A DNA stretch of 32,000 nucleotides from Candidatus Saccharimonadota bacterium (GTDB lineage: Bacteria; Pseudomonadota; Alphaproteobacteria; CAJXXZ01; 1604HC): positions 150,001 through 182,000 of the forward strand of contig NZ_CP043314.1 in NCBI RefSeq assembly GCF_008189525.1, read 5' to 3'. Positions 17,053 through 27,200 of this stretch are shown piece after piece (the stretch's first letter is position 1; each line of letters opens with the position of its first letter). A model generated the notes under the pieces. The model was not told the DNA's origin. It saw only the letters and a program-made list of their open reading frames with translations, and ran no database searches. The position numbers were made by a program, and so were the translations under genes.

Positions 17053-18543
17053 TTATACTCTTGCTTTCCTAGAAACAGATTGCAAATACTCACACTCTTG
17101 AAATGCTATGGAATTTTTATTTAATCCATCTAATGCTTTTTTCAAGAACTGATTTACTTTATATATATCTCCTGAGCTTACGAATTCATTATAAGCTTTG
17201 GCGTAATAAAAATGTGATCTATTTCCTAGAAAATCGTACAAAGAACATAATAAGCTCCATATTCTAACATCAAACATATCTTTATTTTTATAATTTAAAA
17301 GTTCATGCTCTAAGTTTTTCATTTTTGCAGTATTTTTAGATTTTTTATAAGAATGGAATTTGGTGTACAAAATACAAAACTCAACCTCTCTATCTGAGAA
17401 TTTCTGATTTATTATTTGTATGCTTTGTAATGCATTTTCATAATTTTCTAACCTTAATTCCATAAGAAATTTTATGTAAGTTGAACAAACATACATAGGG
17501 CTATTTTCATCTAGTTTTTGTAAAAACTCTACCAATGATTTCGATATATCTCTACCTGACAAATATCCTTCCCAAAGTTTTTCATATTCATTAGATGGTT
17601 TGCCAATTCTTTTCCCTCCTATATAAAGTCCTTTGGAGATTCTAGATTGTAATGCTTTGTAATGAGATATAATTTCATCAGGTATTTTACCTTCTTCTTT
17701 CTTTAAGTATTGGAAAGCCATTTTTTGTCTGTTTGAAGATGAAGGATGAGAGCTAAAATAATCTCTGGCTTTATCATTTTCAGCAAACTTTTTAAATAAC
17801 TTATATGATCCTGATACAGTCCAGTTTAACTTTTGCAAAGTTTGCAATGCGTATGAATCAGCTTCTACTTCTTGCTGTTGAGAGTACATCATAAGATCAT
17901 TGTATATTCCATTTATAACTATCATTCCCAGAATATTTATACCTGGGATTAAAAGAGTTGGCATTAGTAGTTTATAGTTTTGAGCTTTAGATATTTTAAA
18001 TATGCTTTGTTTTATGTGGGATTTTTTGACATGTCCCATTTCATGAAAAATTACAGCAATTGCTTCTTCTGCAGTGCATTTCTCTATCAATCCCTTGTGT
18101 ACAACCATATACTCACTGCCTAAATGATTTATTGATACATACGCATTTATTGATGTAGAATCATCCCCGTATATGCGAATTTTATTTTTGGACTGTTCTT
18201 TTGGTGTGTAAAAATTATTTTCTTGTTTTGTAAGTTTGTTTGAAGGATATTCTTTAGTCTCATCTTTGTTGTCATGTGAACTTATATTTACTTTTTTAAG
18301 TTTGTTTATATGTTTATATTTCTGTATTTTTTTATTTGCTAGGTTGGATTTTCTTATAATGTTATCAAAAAACATTCTAAACTCTATGTCCAGTGTAAGT
18401 CTATTGCTGGATAGTGAGCTTTTGCATGATGACAAAATTGAAATGGCGAGTAGAAATCTCATAGATTTAAAAATTCTAAAAACATAGTTAAATTTAATTA
18501 AAAACCATCTTAATAAAATTTTCATTAACAGCTCCATATCCAT
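17053..18543 (-). CDS. M48-family zinc metalloprotease with a C-terminal TPR-like helical domain (BepA/YfgC-like)
   Basis: Has the HEMGHVKKSH (HExxH) motif with a downstream E, followed by a helical-repeat C-terminal half. The true start is probably Met28 at 18462, giving MRFLLAISILSSC, a lipoprotein-like signal. Confidence 0.7.
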   Translation of the reverse strand: MDMELLMKILLRWFLIKFNYVFRIFKSMRFLLAISILSSCKSSLSSNRLTLDIEFRMFFDNIIRKSNLANKKIQKYKHINKLKKVNISSHDNKDETKEYPSNKLTKQENNFYTPKEQSKNKIRIYGDDSTSINAYVSINHLGSEYMVVHKGLIEKCTAEEAIAVIFHEMGHVKKSHIKQSIFKISKAQNYKLLMPTLLIPGINILGMIVINGIYNDLMMYSQQQEVEADSYALQTLQKLNWTVSGSYKLFKKFAENDKARDYFSSHPSSSNRQKMAFQYLKKEEGKIPDEIISHYKALQSRISKGLYIGGKRIGKPSNEYEKLWEGYLSGRDISKSLVEFLQKLDENSPMYVCSTYIKFLMELRLENYENALQSIQIINQKFSDREVEFCILYTKFHSYKKSKNTAKMKNLEHELLNYKNKDMFDVRIWSLLCSLYDFLGNRSHFYYAKAYNEFVSSGDIYKVNQFLKKALDGLNKNSIAFQECEYLQSVSRKARV

Positions 18544-18679
18544 ACATTAGGTTATGTAATATGAGTTTTGTCAATGGTGTAAATTTTTTGATTTTTAAGC
18601 TTAGAATGATTTTCTTAGCTTTGTATAACTTAATATTTAATCCTGAATGGATTAAAGTGATTATATTTTTAACATAAAT

Positions 18680-18715
18680 TTTGATTTAGTAAAACAAAAA
18701 CTTTGATCTAGTAAA
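18680..18715. repeat. Direct repeat TTTGAT(T/C)TAGTAAA x2, offset 22 nt, between rpmE and the M48 protease gene
   Basis: The copies lie at 18680-18693 and 18702-18715 and match at 13 of 14 positions. They are 140-170 bp upstream of the protease ORF start on the minus strand. Confidence 0.4.
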
Positions 18716-18739
18716 TTCATGTTCAGTTAATAAATAAGT

Positions 18740-19042
18740 TTAGTACAAGTCTTTGTATTTTTGGTTAAATGCAGTTACTCTACCATCTTTTTCTATACCA
18801 AATTTATTTACACCTGTCCAAGCTGGATGTGAATAAGTATCTACGTGTACTTGCATTTCCTTTTTGTTGCTTAGAGTGCTCTTTATTGTGATTTGTTCTC
18901 CATTGCTCAAAACAACCTTAATTTCATTAAGAACTGGTTTGGAATCAGTTGATTTCTTTGCTTTAACTTTTACATTAGGATCAAATACAACTTTTTTATC
19001 ATTCTTAGATGATTTATTTGTTGATTTATTGTTCTTTGACAT
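18740..19042 (-). CDS. rpmE: 50S ribosomal protein L31 with a basic N-terminal extension
   Basis: The C-terminal part ...MQVHVDTYSHPAWTG... matches the Rickettsia-type L31 (HPAW). I chose the start at 19042 because GAGGTG lies just upstream. The longer ORF to 19108 would overlap tsaE. Confidence 0.75.
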   Translation of the reverse strand: MSKNNKSTNKSSKNDKKVVFDPNVKVKAKKSTDSKPVLNEIKVVLSNGEQITIKSTLSNKKEMQVHVDTYSHPAWTGVNKFGIEKDGRVTAFNQKYKDLY

Positions 19043-19071
19043 AACACCTCTTCGTGATTTAGATTTATTAT

Positions 19072-19617
19072 ATGAATTATATTCAATATGTGCAACCAAG
19101 TGAATCAAAGTCGGGTGATAAAATATTTAATATTAGTAATTTAAAATCATTAGAAAAATTTGCAACTTATCTTTCAGAAAAACTATTTCCAGGTTGTGCA
19201 TTGTTTATAGATGGTCCTTTAGGGATAGGAAAAACAACTCTTATTAGGTCTATTCTTGAAAGGTGGAATATAAAATCAATAGGCAGTCCAACTTTTTCTA
19301 AGGTTATAACATATCAAAGTAAATTATTTAATAAAGAAAGAAATAGTGATTTACAGAATGACTCCAATGACTCTAGATCTACAGATAATGAATCTATGAA
19401 TAATGAACAACCTGTTGGATCAGAGTTTTTTGTTTGGCACTCAGATGCTTACAACATGGAAAATACAGAGTACTTGAAAGAATATTTGTTTGAGTTTGAA
19501 GAGGGTATATTGATTGTAGAGTGGTCAGAATTGATACCTTATAAAGATTTATGGGACAGTAGGATTGAAGTGAATGTTAATGAACATAGAATTGCATCTG
19601 TAAAAGAAACTTATTAA
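19072..19617 (+). CDS. tsaE: tRNA threonylcarbamoyladenosine (t6A) biosynthesis ATPase TsaE (YjeE) with a low-complexity insertion
   Basis: Has the P-loop GPLGIGKTTLIRSIL, SPTFS..Y and WHSDAYNM (the H-x-D-x-Y-R-type motif). A Ser/Asn/Asp-rich insert of about 30 aa separates the last two motifs. Confidence 0.8.
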   Translation: MNYIQYVQPSESKSGDKIFNISNLKSLEKFATYLSEKLFPGCALFIDGPLGIGKTTLIRSILERWNIKSIGSPTFSKVITYQSKLFNKERNSDLQNDSNDSRSTDNESMNNEQPVGSEFFVWHSDAYNMENTEYLKEYLFEFEEGILIVEWSELIPYKDLWDSRIEVNVNEHRIASVKETY

Positions 19618-19712
19618 GTTATACTTACTGATATTTTTTATGTTTTCAGAATATAAGGAATTTAAAATAAAGGAATTAATTTAAAATAAAAAATGATAGA
19701 AAATCTAGCAAA

Positions 19713-19785
19713 TGCCTAGAGCCGGAATCGAACCAGCGACACGTAGATCTTCAATCTACTGCTCTACCTACTGAGCTATCCAGGC
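19713..19785 (-). tRNA. tRNA-Phe, anticodon GAA
   Basis: The reverse complement reads GCCTGGATAGCTCAGTAGGTAGAGCAGTAGATTGAAGATCTACGTGTCGCTGGTTCGATTCCGGCTCTAGGCA. It forms a cloverleaf with anticodon loop TTGAAGA. Confidence 0.92.
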
Positions 19786-19891
19786 ATTTAAAAAATGATA
19801 TATCACAATTTCTTCGATGTCCATATCTTTTCTAGGATAGAATTGAAGTTTTTTCTTTATTTTTTTTAATTTTGAGTTTAGAATTCGTGTA

Positions 19892-20647
19892 ATGATTCTT
19901 AATTTTACTTTTTTGAAATTTACTTTCTTATTTCTGGTTTATATTATTCCTGTTCTTAATTTATACAGAGCTTTTTATGCCATAAAAATATTGGAAAACC
20001 CAAGTTATAAGAAAAATAAAATACTTCTCATTACAATAAAAGATTATTTTAAGAATTCTGATGTAACTGACTCTAGATTTAAGTCCTTAAAATGTGATTT
20101 AGATCATTTTTTTCAATATGAACCATCTTTAATAATGTTATTTTCTTTTCCAATGATTCTGAACTATTTTTACAAAGAATACTTTTCTAATACTTTAGTT
20201 ATTGTGTCTGAAATCTTCTTTTTCTGCATTTTGATAACCATATTATTATGTAGGAGAAATTTCTTTGCTAGGGTGTTCAATTACATAAAAAGAAACTTAT
20301 CAGATACAAAATCACATGAGTCTCTTTCTCTAAGCATAGATAAGAAAATAAGTGATGCTTTGAAAGGAAAGAATTTAAATTTTAATTCTTTGATAAATAA
20401 GCTTGATGTTCTAGAATTAAAGAATCTAGAAATTATATTAGAGAAAGTTCAGAAAATTGACCAATTGGCAAGCTCTCTTGAGAAAATGAATGAAGAGAAT
20501 ATGGCTTTGAAAAATGAACTTAAGGAAGCAGTAGAGCATAATATGCAGATACTGCAGTCTTTGGATTATAACAAAGATTTAATGATAAAAATTGGAGAAG
20601 GTTTTATTGATTTGAAAAAGAAGATTGACTCTAAAGATCATGCCTAG
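19892..20647 (+). CDS. Hypothetical membrane protein (about 3 TM segments) with a C-terminal coiled coil
   Basis: Three hydrophobic segments are followed by a heptad-like stretch (LELKNLEIILEKVQKIDQLASSLEKMNEENMALKNELKEAVEHN). The ORF ends 12 nt before the xerD-like gene. Confidence 0.55.
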   Translation: MILNFTFLKFTFLFLVYIIPVLNLYRAFYAIKILENPSYKKNKILLITIKDYFKNSDVTDSRFKSLKCDLDHFFQYEPSLIMLFSFPMILNYFYKEYFSNTLVIVSEIFFFCILITILLCRRNFFARVFNYIKRNLSDTKSHESLSLSIDKKISDALKGKNLNFNSLINKLDVLELKNLEIILEKVQKIDQLASSLEKMNEENMALKNELKEAVEHNMQILQSLDYNKDLMIKIGEGFIDLKKKIDSKDHA

Positions 20648-20659
20648 AGGTTTTTTGAA

Positions 20660-21832
20660 TTGAACTACTTAGTTTTTAATAGAAATAACGTAGATTTTTT
20701 TAACTCTTACATGAATGAGAGAAATTTATCTAAGAATACCATAGATGCATATACTAGTGATTTAGTTTTGTTTATATGTTGGTTAGAGTTTGTATCTAAA
20801 ACCGATCAATCTTCTTCTTTGGAAGAGGATTTCTATGAATATGACTTGTCAAATAGCATGAAAAAAGAACACAGTCAGTTGATAGAAAAATATGGAAATC
20901 TGAGAGAAAAATTATCTGTAGTTGGTTATGTACAATTTTTGAAGGGTTGTAATTATTTTGAAAAAGGTTTGAGTAAGAGTTGCTCTGCTGAAAACGAGAA
21001 CAATAATTCTAATTCTTATAAAAACACACCTGAAAACATATTTCTTGAAAAAAAATTAGTTGAGAGAGATGATTTGCAAGAAAGTTGTAATTCTATAGGT
21101 GACAATAAAAGCACTGATGAAGATTGTACAAATAAGCCTAATAAAAGAGCTATATTAGACTCTACTTTGTTTAGAAAAATAAATTCCATAAAACAGCTTT
21201 TTTTGTTTTGTAAGGAGCAGATTGAAGGGTGTAATGATGTAGAAGTTGACTTCCCAAAAATAAAACTAAAAAGATCTAACTTAAAAGTTATCAATGATGA
21301 AGAAGTTAATGAAATACTAGAAGATTTAAATAAGTCTAATACAAAATTTTCAATAAAATTACATGCAATGCTATCCATGTTGTATAGCACTGGCTTAAGG
21401 GCTTCTGAAATAATTTGTATTACTTTGAATGATTTGGAAAATGTTATAAATGGTTCAGAGAAAAGTTTTAGAATTATTGGTAAGGGAGGAAAAGAAAGAC
21501 AAGTTTTCATGAACAGAAAAGCTATAGAGTCATTGAAAAGATACTTATTAAGCAATTCTCGGAAAATAGCTTCTTATATTTGGCCCTCTACAAATGGACA
21601 TATAACAAGGCAAACTTTATTCCTTTGGGTAAAGAAAATTGGTCTTTCTCCGCACGATTTAAGGCATAAGCTTGGTTCTAATTTAGTAAAAAAAGGAATG
21701 AATTTATTGGAAGTAAGGAAGGTTATGGGGCACTCTAGTGTAAAAACCACATCTATATATACTCATGCCTCTAACTCTTCCAGTTCAATAAAAAAGCACC
21801 ATCCAATGTACAATAAAAGTAAGGATAGTTAA
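20660..21832 (+). CDS. xerD: Tyrosine site-specific recombinase, XerD-like, with an insertion of about 90 aa in the N-terminal core-binding domain
   Basis: The N-terminal ERNLSKNTIDAYTSDL is close to XerD ERNLAENTLNAYRRDL. The catalytic set appears complete: TGLRASE (R), GKGGKER (K), HDLRH (H-x-x-R), GHSS (H) and IYTH (Y). The start codon appears to be TTG. Confidence 0.8.
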   Translation: MNYLVFNRNNVDFFNSYMNERNLSKNTIDAYTSDLVLFICWLEFVSKTDQSSSLEEDFYEYDLSNSMKKEHSQLIEKYGNLREKLSVVGYVQFLKGCNYFEKGLSKSCSAENENNNSNSYKNTPENIFLEKKLVERDDLQESCNSIGDNKSTDEDCTNKPNKRAILDSTLFRKINSIKQLFLFCKEQIEGCNDVEVDFPKIKLKRSNLKVINDEEVNEILEDLNKSNTKFSIKLHAMLSMLYSTGLRASEIICITLNDLENVINGSEKSFRIIGKGGKERQVFMNRKAIESLKRYLLSNSRKIASYIWPSTNGHITRQTLFLWVKKIGLSPHDLRHKLGSNLVKKGMNLLEVRKVMGHSSVKTTSIYTHASNSSSSIKKHHPMYNKSKDS

Positions 21833-21952
21833 TAAATTGTTTGCAATTATCTTATACTAGGTTCTGTTAGTGATTGTATTTTTTGCCATGAGTTATTTAA
21901 TTATTTTATTGGTTTTTTTGACTTATATGCTTTTATGATATAGAGTCTTCTT

Positions 21953-22207
21953 GTGAATTCTAAACAAAATAAAAAAACATTAACTGGGACTGTAAAAAAA
22001 ATACATAGAGGTTACAGATTTTCAATTTTACTAGATTTAGATAATAAAACTCAAATAGAAGCGGAGTTATCTGGAAGATTGAAAAATAGAAAAATTAGAA
22101 TAGTAGCAGAGGATAAGGTTGTTTTAGAGTTTTGCGAAGACAATCCATCAAGTGCTAAGATAGTTTTTAGAGAAACTCCTAATAGAATAAAGCAAGTAAA
22201 AAAATAA
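21953..22207 (+). CDS. infA: Translation initiation factor IF-1 (divergent)
   Basis: The S1-like pattern is GTVKKIHRGYRFSILLDLDNKTQIEAELSGRLKNRKIRIVAEDKVVLEF....SAKIVFRE. It matches IF-1 (G.V......F.V.L.N......H.SGK.R...IRI..GD.V.VE......GRI.FR). The start is GTG and no Shine-Dalgarno is present. Confidence 0.7.
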   Translation: MNSKQNKKTLTGTVKKIHRGYRFSILLDLDNKTQIEAELSGRLKNRKIRIVAEDKVVLEFCEDNPSSAKIVFRETPNRIKQVKK

Positions 22208-22395
22208 GTTTAAACCTTAAGAATCAAAATAATTTTACAGAATTTTATTAAGATTGATAAAGATTATAAAACAAATCAGTTTGTAAATCAGATTTATTGA
22301 ATGCGTTTAATTTGTTAGCTATACAAGATTGCAATTTATTAAAAATTTAGTTTATTAGAAATGTTAATACTAGAAAATTAGAAAATAAGTAAAAA

Positions 22396-23958
22396 ATGAC
22401 AGAAATAAAAAATCGAGAGCAATTTAGATATAAATATAAGTACATATTGGATAGAGTGTTGGTGTTTTTATCTGTATTTTTATTAGGGTGTGATGAAAAA
22501 AATTTTAATGCAAAACCCATTTCATTTCTGAATAGAAATGCTTTAAAAGAAGTAAAATCAAAATATAAACATAAATCCTTAGAGGTCCCTAAAAATTGGT
22601 CAAAAAAAATTAGTATAAATATATCTAATGGATCTTCAGTTTTGGATATTATTAAGAGTATAGGTGTTTCTAATGGATTAAATATTAAATTCGCAAAGGA
22701 TTTAAAAGACAAGGAATTAAATTATTTCTGTAAAGAAAAGCCAGTTTTAGAAGCTATAAAAGATATTTCTGAGAGCTCAGGTTTTATCATTAGAGTTTCA
22801 AATCATGGAATTCTTATAGATTCTGATGAGCCTTACGATCATGTACATGAGGTTATGTTTTTATCTTCCACAAGGAAATCAAACAGCAGCACTTCAGTAA
22901 ATGGGTCTGGATCTAAAGGATCAATGAGTATGGATATTGGTTCTTCTGTTGAAGTAAGAAGTGAAAGTATATCTGATACGTGGAAAGAATTAGAGGAAAA
23001 TTTATCTTTTTTCTTGAGAAGTAAGAAATATACTATAAACAAACAAGCAGGGCTTATGATAGTAAATGCAAAACAATCTGATCACAGAAGAATTGCTAGA
23101 TTTTTATTAGATTTACACAAAAGAATTTCTACACAAGTTCTTATAGAAGCAAAAGTAATTTTTGTTAAGCTATATAAAGAATTTAGGACTGGAATAGATT
23201 GGAGCACTTTGCAAATATCTAATTTCTTTACATCTCCAGATAAAGTTTTTGACATTTCTTCTAAATCAGTTGCAGACAATGCATTATCTGTTTTGATAGG
23301 AAAAGACTCTCAAACGGCTTCTAGTATCATATCTTTGTTGGAAAAATATGGTGAGTTGGAAACTATTTCTAACCCAACAACATCTGTTTTGAATAATCAG
23401 CATGCTATTTTTAAAGTTGCAGAAAACAAAGTATATTTTAAGATATATCAAAAAACTATTTCTATAGGTGGAAAATCAATAGATGGTGTTTCAACCATAT
23501 TTGGTAGTAATTTACACACTGTTCCAGTTGGAACTATACTTTCTGTTCAGCCTTCAGTAGATTTTAGGAATAGAACTATAACAATGTCTATTCACCCTAC
23601 TATTTCTGAGGTGCATGATGAAAAAGAAGATCCATCTGTAGCTATAATGCTTAAAGATAACAAAGTTCCTGATAACATAAAATCACAAGTTCCAGTTATA
23701 TCTACTCAAGAAATGGATAGCACTATAAGGGTTAATGATGGTGATTTGGTTGTTGTGGGTGGGCTGATCAAGAGCTCAAGGAGCAATAACAGTAGCGGAC
23801 CTCTAGGAACAAAGAAACTGAAATTCCTAAGGAAGAATGAAAAGAAATCTGATCAACAAGAGGTTGTTATTATGATAAAAGCTACGATTCTAGATCCGCC
23901 TGAAAATTTACTTGTAAGATCCTTAGCAGATTATGAAATTTTCCCTATAAAAAGCTAA
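22396..23958 (+). CDS. Secretin-family outer-membrane lipoprotein (MshL/PilQ/GspD-like)
   Basis: The N-terminal lipobox is LSVFLLGC. The C-terminal secretin core is TISNPTTSVLNNQHAIFKV...PVISTQEMDSTIRVNDGDLVVVGGLI...EVVIMIKATIL. No pilus or T2SS genes flank it. Confidence 0.8.
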   Translation: MTEIKNREQFRYKYKYILDRVLVFLSVFLLGCDEKNFNAKPISFLNRNALKEVKSKYKHKSLEVPKNWSKKISINISNGSSVLDIIKSIGVSNGLNIKFAKDLKDKELNYFCKEKPVLEAIKDISESSGFIIRVSNHGILIDSDEPYDHVHEVMFLSSTRKSNSSTSVNGSGSKGSMSMDIGSSVEVRSESISDTWKELEENLSFFLRSKKYTINKQAGLMIVNAKQSDHRRIARFLLDLHKRISTQVLIEAKVIFVKLYKEFRTGIDWSTLQISNFFTSPDKVFDISSKSVADNALSVLIGKDSQTASSIISLLEKYGELETISNPTTSVLNNQHAIFKVAENKVYFKIYQKTISIGGKSIDGVSTIFGSNLHTVPVGTILSVQPSVDFRNRTITMSIHPTISEVHDEKEDPSVAIMLKDNKVPDNIKSQVPVISTQEMDSTIRVNDGDLVVVGGLIKSSRSNNSSGPLGTKKLKFLRKNEKKSDQQEVVIMIKATILDPPENLLVRSLADYEIFPIKS

Positions 23959-24271
23959 CAGAGCTGATATTAAGTATATAAAAATTTATATATACATATA
24001 CTTAGTTTATGTGCATTAATTTACTAAAAAGTGCATATTAAAAATCACTTACTTTGCATGAATTTCTTGTATATCTGTTTTTAATTTCTACATCTTATTT
24101 AACTATTATTTATTTTATAATTTATTATGTTAATAGTGTTTTGTATTGTTTTTTAACTAAAATATTTATTTTCTATTAATTAGTTTGCATTTTCTTTGTA
24201 TTCATAACTATGAATTGTAAATCATACTCTTTGTTTCTTGAATATAAGTTGTATTTCTGAGAGAATTTCTT

Positions 24272-27200
24272 ATGATTTCGCAGTATTATAGATATCCAGT
24301 AGGTTTTGGAGATACCGTATATATGGTTTCTCATGAAACCCTTTGGAAATGGTCAGAAAAAACAGGATTAAATAGGTGGATATTATTAAAAAGTGATGCG
24401 AAAGATTTATCTATATCTAAAGATGGACAGTGCATAGCTTTTACAGGTTCAGAAGAAAGTGAATCAGATGTTTATACTATAGATCTTAAAACACACAAAA
24501 TAATAAGAAGAACATTTTATGGAAATGGTACTTATGTTGTAGGGTGGGATTCTTCAGATAATATTATTTTCGCAACTAATCATGGAATGCCATTTAAAAG
24601 AAATGTTTGTTTAAATAAATTGAATTTGGAAACAGGTAAGATTACAAAACTTAAAACAGGTCTTTCTAATTGGATTTCTTGGAATAGCAAAGGATCTGCT
24701 GTTGTACAGAGGTTTGGTTACGGATATAGCACATGGAGAGATTACCAAGGTGGAACTGCGGGTCAGCTTTGGATGGATTCACGAGGAGAGTTTGAAAAAA
24801 TACCATTTGAAAAACATAATGCCTTGAGACCTACATTTGTAAATGATGAATTATTTTTCTTAAGTGATGCATCTGGATGTGGAAATGTTTGTAAATACGA
24901 TTTTAATACTAAAAATTGGAAAACAATTACAAAGCATGAAGATTTCTATGTAAAAGATTTATCTAGATATGGAAATAACTTGATATATAGCAAATCAGGA
25001 GAGATTTTCTTATATGATACTGAGAAAAAAGAAGAAAGAAAATTGGAAATAAAATCTGCTAACTATGCATTTGAAAAATCTAATTTTGTTTGCGAGGATA
25101 ACTCTAAGTTTTTGACTAGTTTTGATATAAATAACGAAGGTGATAATGTTTCATGTTGTATAAGAGGGCAAGCATTTTCTATTCCGCTTTGGAACAAAGG
25201 GTATTTACAAAAAACCACAAGCATAAGGCATAGGGTTGCTTTGTGGTCAGATAATGAGAAGTTTTTAAGTATAAAAGATGATAAGGAAGATGCAGTCCTC
25301 TTTATGGATGGACAGGAGTTTCATAGGTTTTCCGGGATAGGCAGGATTTCTGATTGTAAAATATCTAAAAATAATATTATAGCTGCTCAGAATAATAGGA
25401 ATGAAATTTGGTTGTTAGATCTAAATTCAAGAACAGAAAAAAAGATACTAGATAACTCTGAACAAGTTTTTGGTTTTGATTGGTCTCCAGATGGAAAATG
25501 GTTTGTGTTTAGTAGTGGTAAATACAATGAATACTCATCTTTGAAAATTTATGATTCCGAAACTGAAAAATGTACAGAAATAACAGAAGGTACTTTTAAG
25601 GATATTTCTCCAAAGTTTGATTCATCTGGTAAGTATTTATATTTCTTATCATTTAGAACATTTAAAACAGAGTATGATCCATTTTCATTTAATTTATTTT
25701 TCAGAAAAGGTTTTAAGCCTTATGCTGTATGTTTAGAAAAAGATTCGTTAAATCCATTTGAACCATGGTTAGCTGATGATGAAGAAGGTGATTCTAAAAA
25801 TGTATCTAGCGATTCTAAAAATAAAAATGAAGACTGCAAAGATGAAGATTTAGATCCTAAAGATATTGTTGTAAATATAGATTTCGAAAACATAAATAAA
25901 AGAATTTTTGAATGTCCAGTAAAAGCTTCTGATTATGTAGATATAGAGGTTATTGAGGATAAATTATTGCTTTTAGAGTCTAATAAGAAGTTGAAAAGCT
26001 TTACTCCAGGATCTAAGAAGTTAGAGTTAGTTTCTGATGGGATTTCTAGCTTCGAAGTGTCTAGAAACAAAAAATGGCTTTTAGTATTTAAAGATGAAAA
26101 GCTTAGGTTGTGTAATTCTGGATTAAAATTTGAAGAATCTGACTCTTACAAAAATAATGGTTGGATTTCCTTAGATTCCATAGATGTTATAGTTGAGCCA
26201 GAAAAAGAATGGAAACAAATGTTTGAAGAAGTTCTTTGGCTTACAAAAGTTCATTTTTGGGACAAAAGTAATGAAATAGATTGGGATGGTATAAGGAAAA
26301 AATATTCAAAGATTTTGGAATCTGTTCAGTCTAGAAATGAATTAAATATATTGTTCTATGACATGATTGGTGAGTTAAAAACTTCTCATGCATATGTTCT
26401 GGAGCCAGGGGATATACTCTGTGAAAAACATAACAACACTGGTTATTTAGGAGCTACTTTTAAATGGAATGGTGAGCACTATGAGATAAATGAAATTATC
26501 GAAGGTGATTCTTGGGGCGTTCATTCTCCAATTCATCAATTTTCAAAAGGTGATGTGCTTATTTCTGTGAATGGTAGAAAATTAAATGAAAACGTACCCC
26601 CTGAATCTATTGTTTTCGAAGGTAAAAAAACTTCACTTGAAATTAAAAAGAAGGAAAATGATTCTATAAAAATGATTCATGTAAATCCTTTGAAAGATGT
26701 GAATAGGCTTGCTTATCAAAAGTGGATCTCAGAGAGAGTAGATATAATAAAATCTAAAACAGATAAAATAGGATATGTTCATATTCCTAATATGGTAAGT
26801 AGTGGTTATAACGAATTTTATAAGAGATATATATTTGAACATAGAAAAGCTGGGTTGATAGTGGATGCTCGTAATAATAGTGGAGGGCATTTATCTTCTC
26901 TGATTATAGATAAATTACAAAGAAAACCTAACTCTTACACAATTCCTAGATATGGTGCTCCTGAGCATTATCCTTCTGAATCTCCTATGGGTCCTATGGT
27001 TTTGATATGTAATGAAAATACTGGATCTGATGGAGATATTTTTACTAGAGTATTCAAGGATTTAAATTTAGGGACTGTTATTGGAAAAAGAACTTGGGGA
27101 GGTGTTGTTGGTATAATGCCTAGATACTTCTTGATAGATGGAGGTCTAACAAGTCAACCTGAGTTTGCTACAAAGATGATTAACGGTGGTTACGACATAG

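Noticed and set aside
19655-19690. Tandem AGGAATT(AAT)TTAAAATAA duplication between tsaE and tRNA-Phe
   Set aside because: This is a short AT-rich slippage-type duplication in a convergent gap. I see no structure or coding potential.
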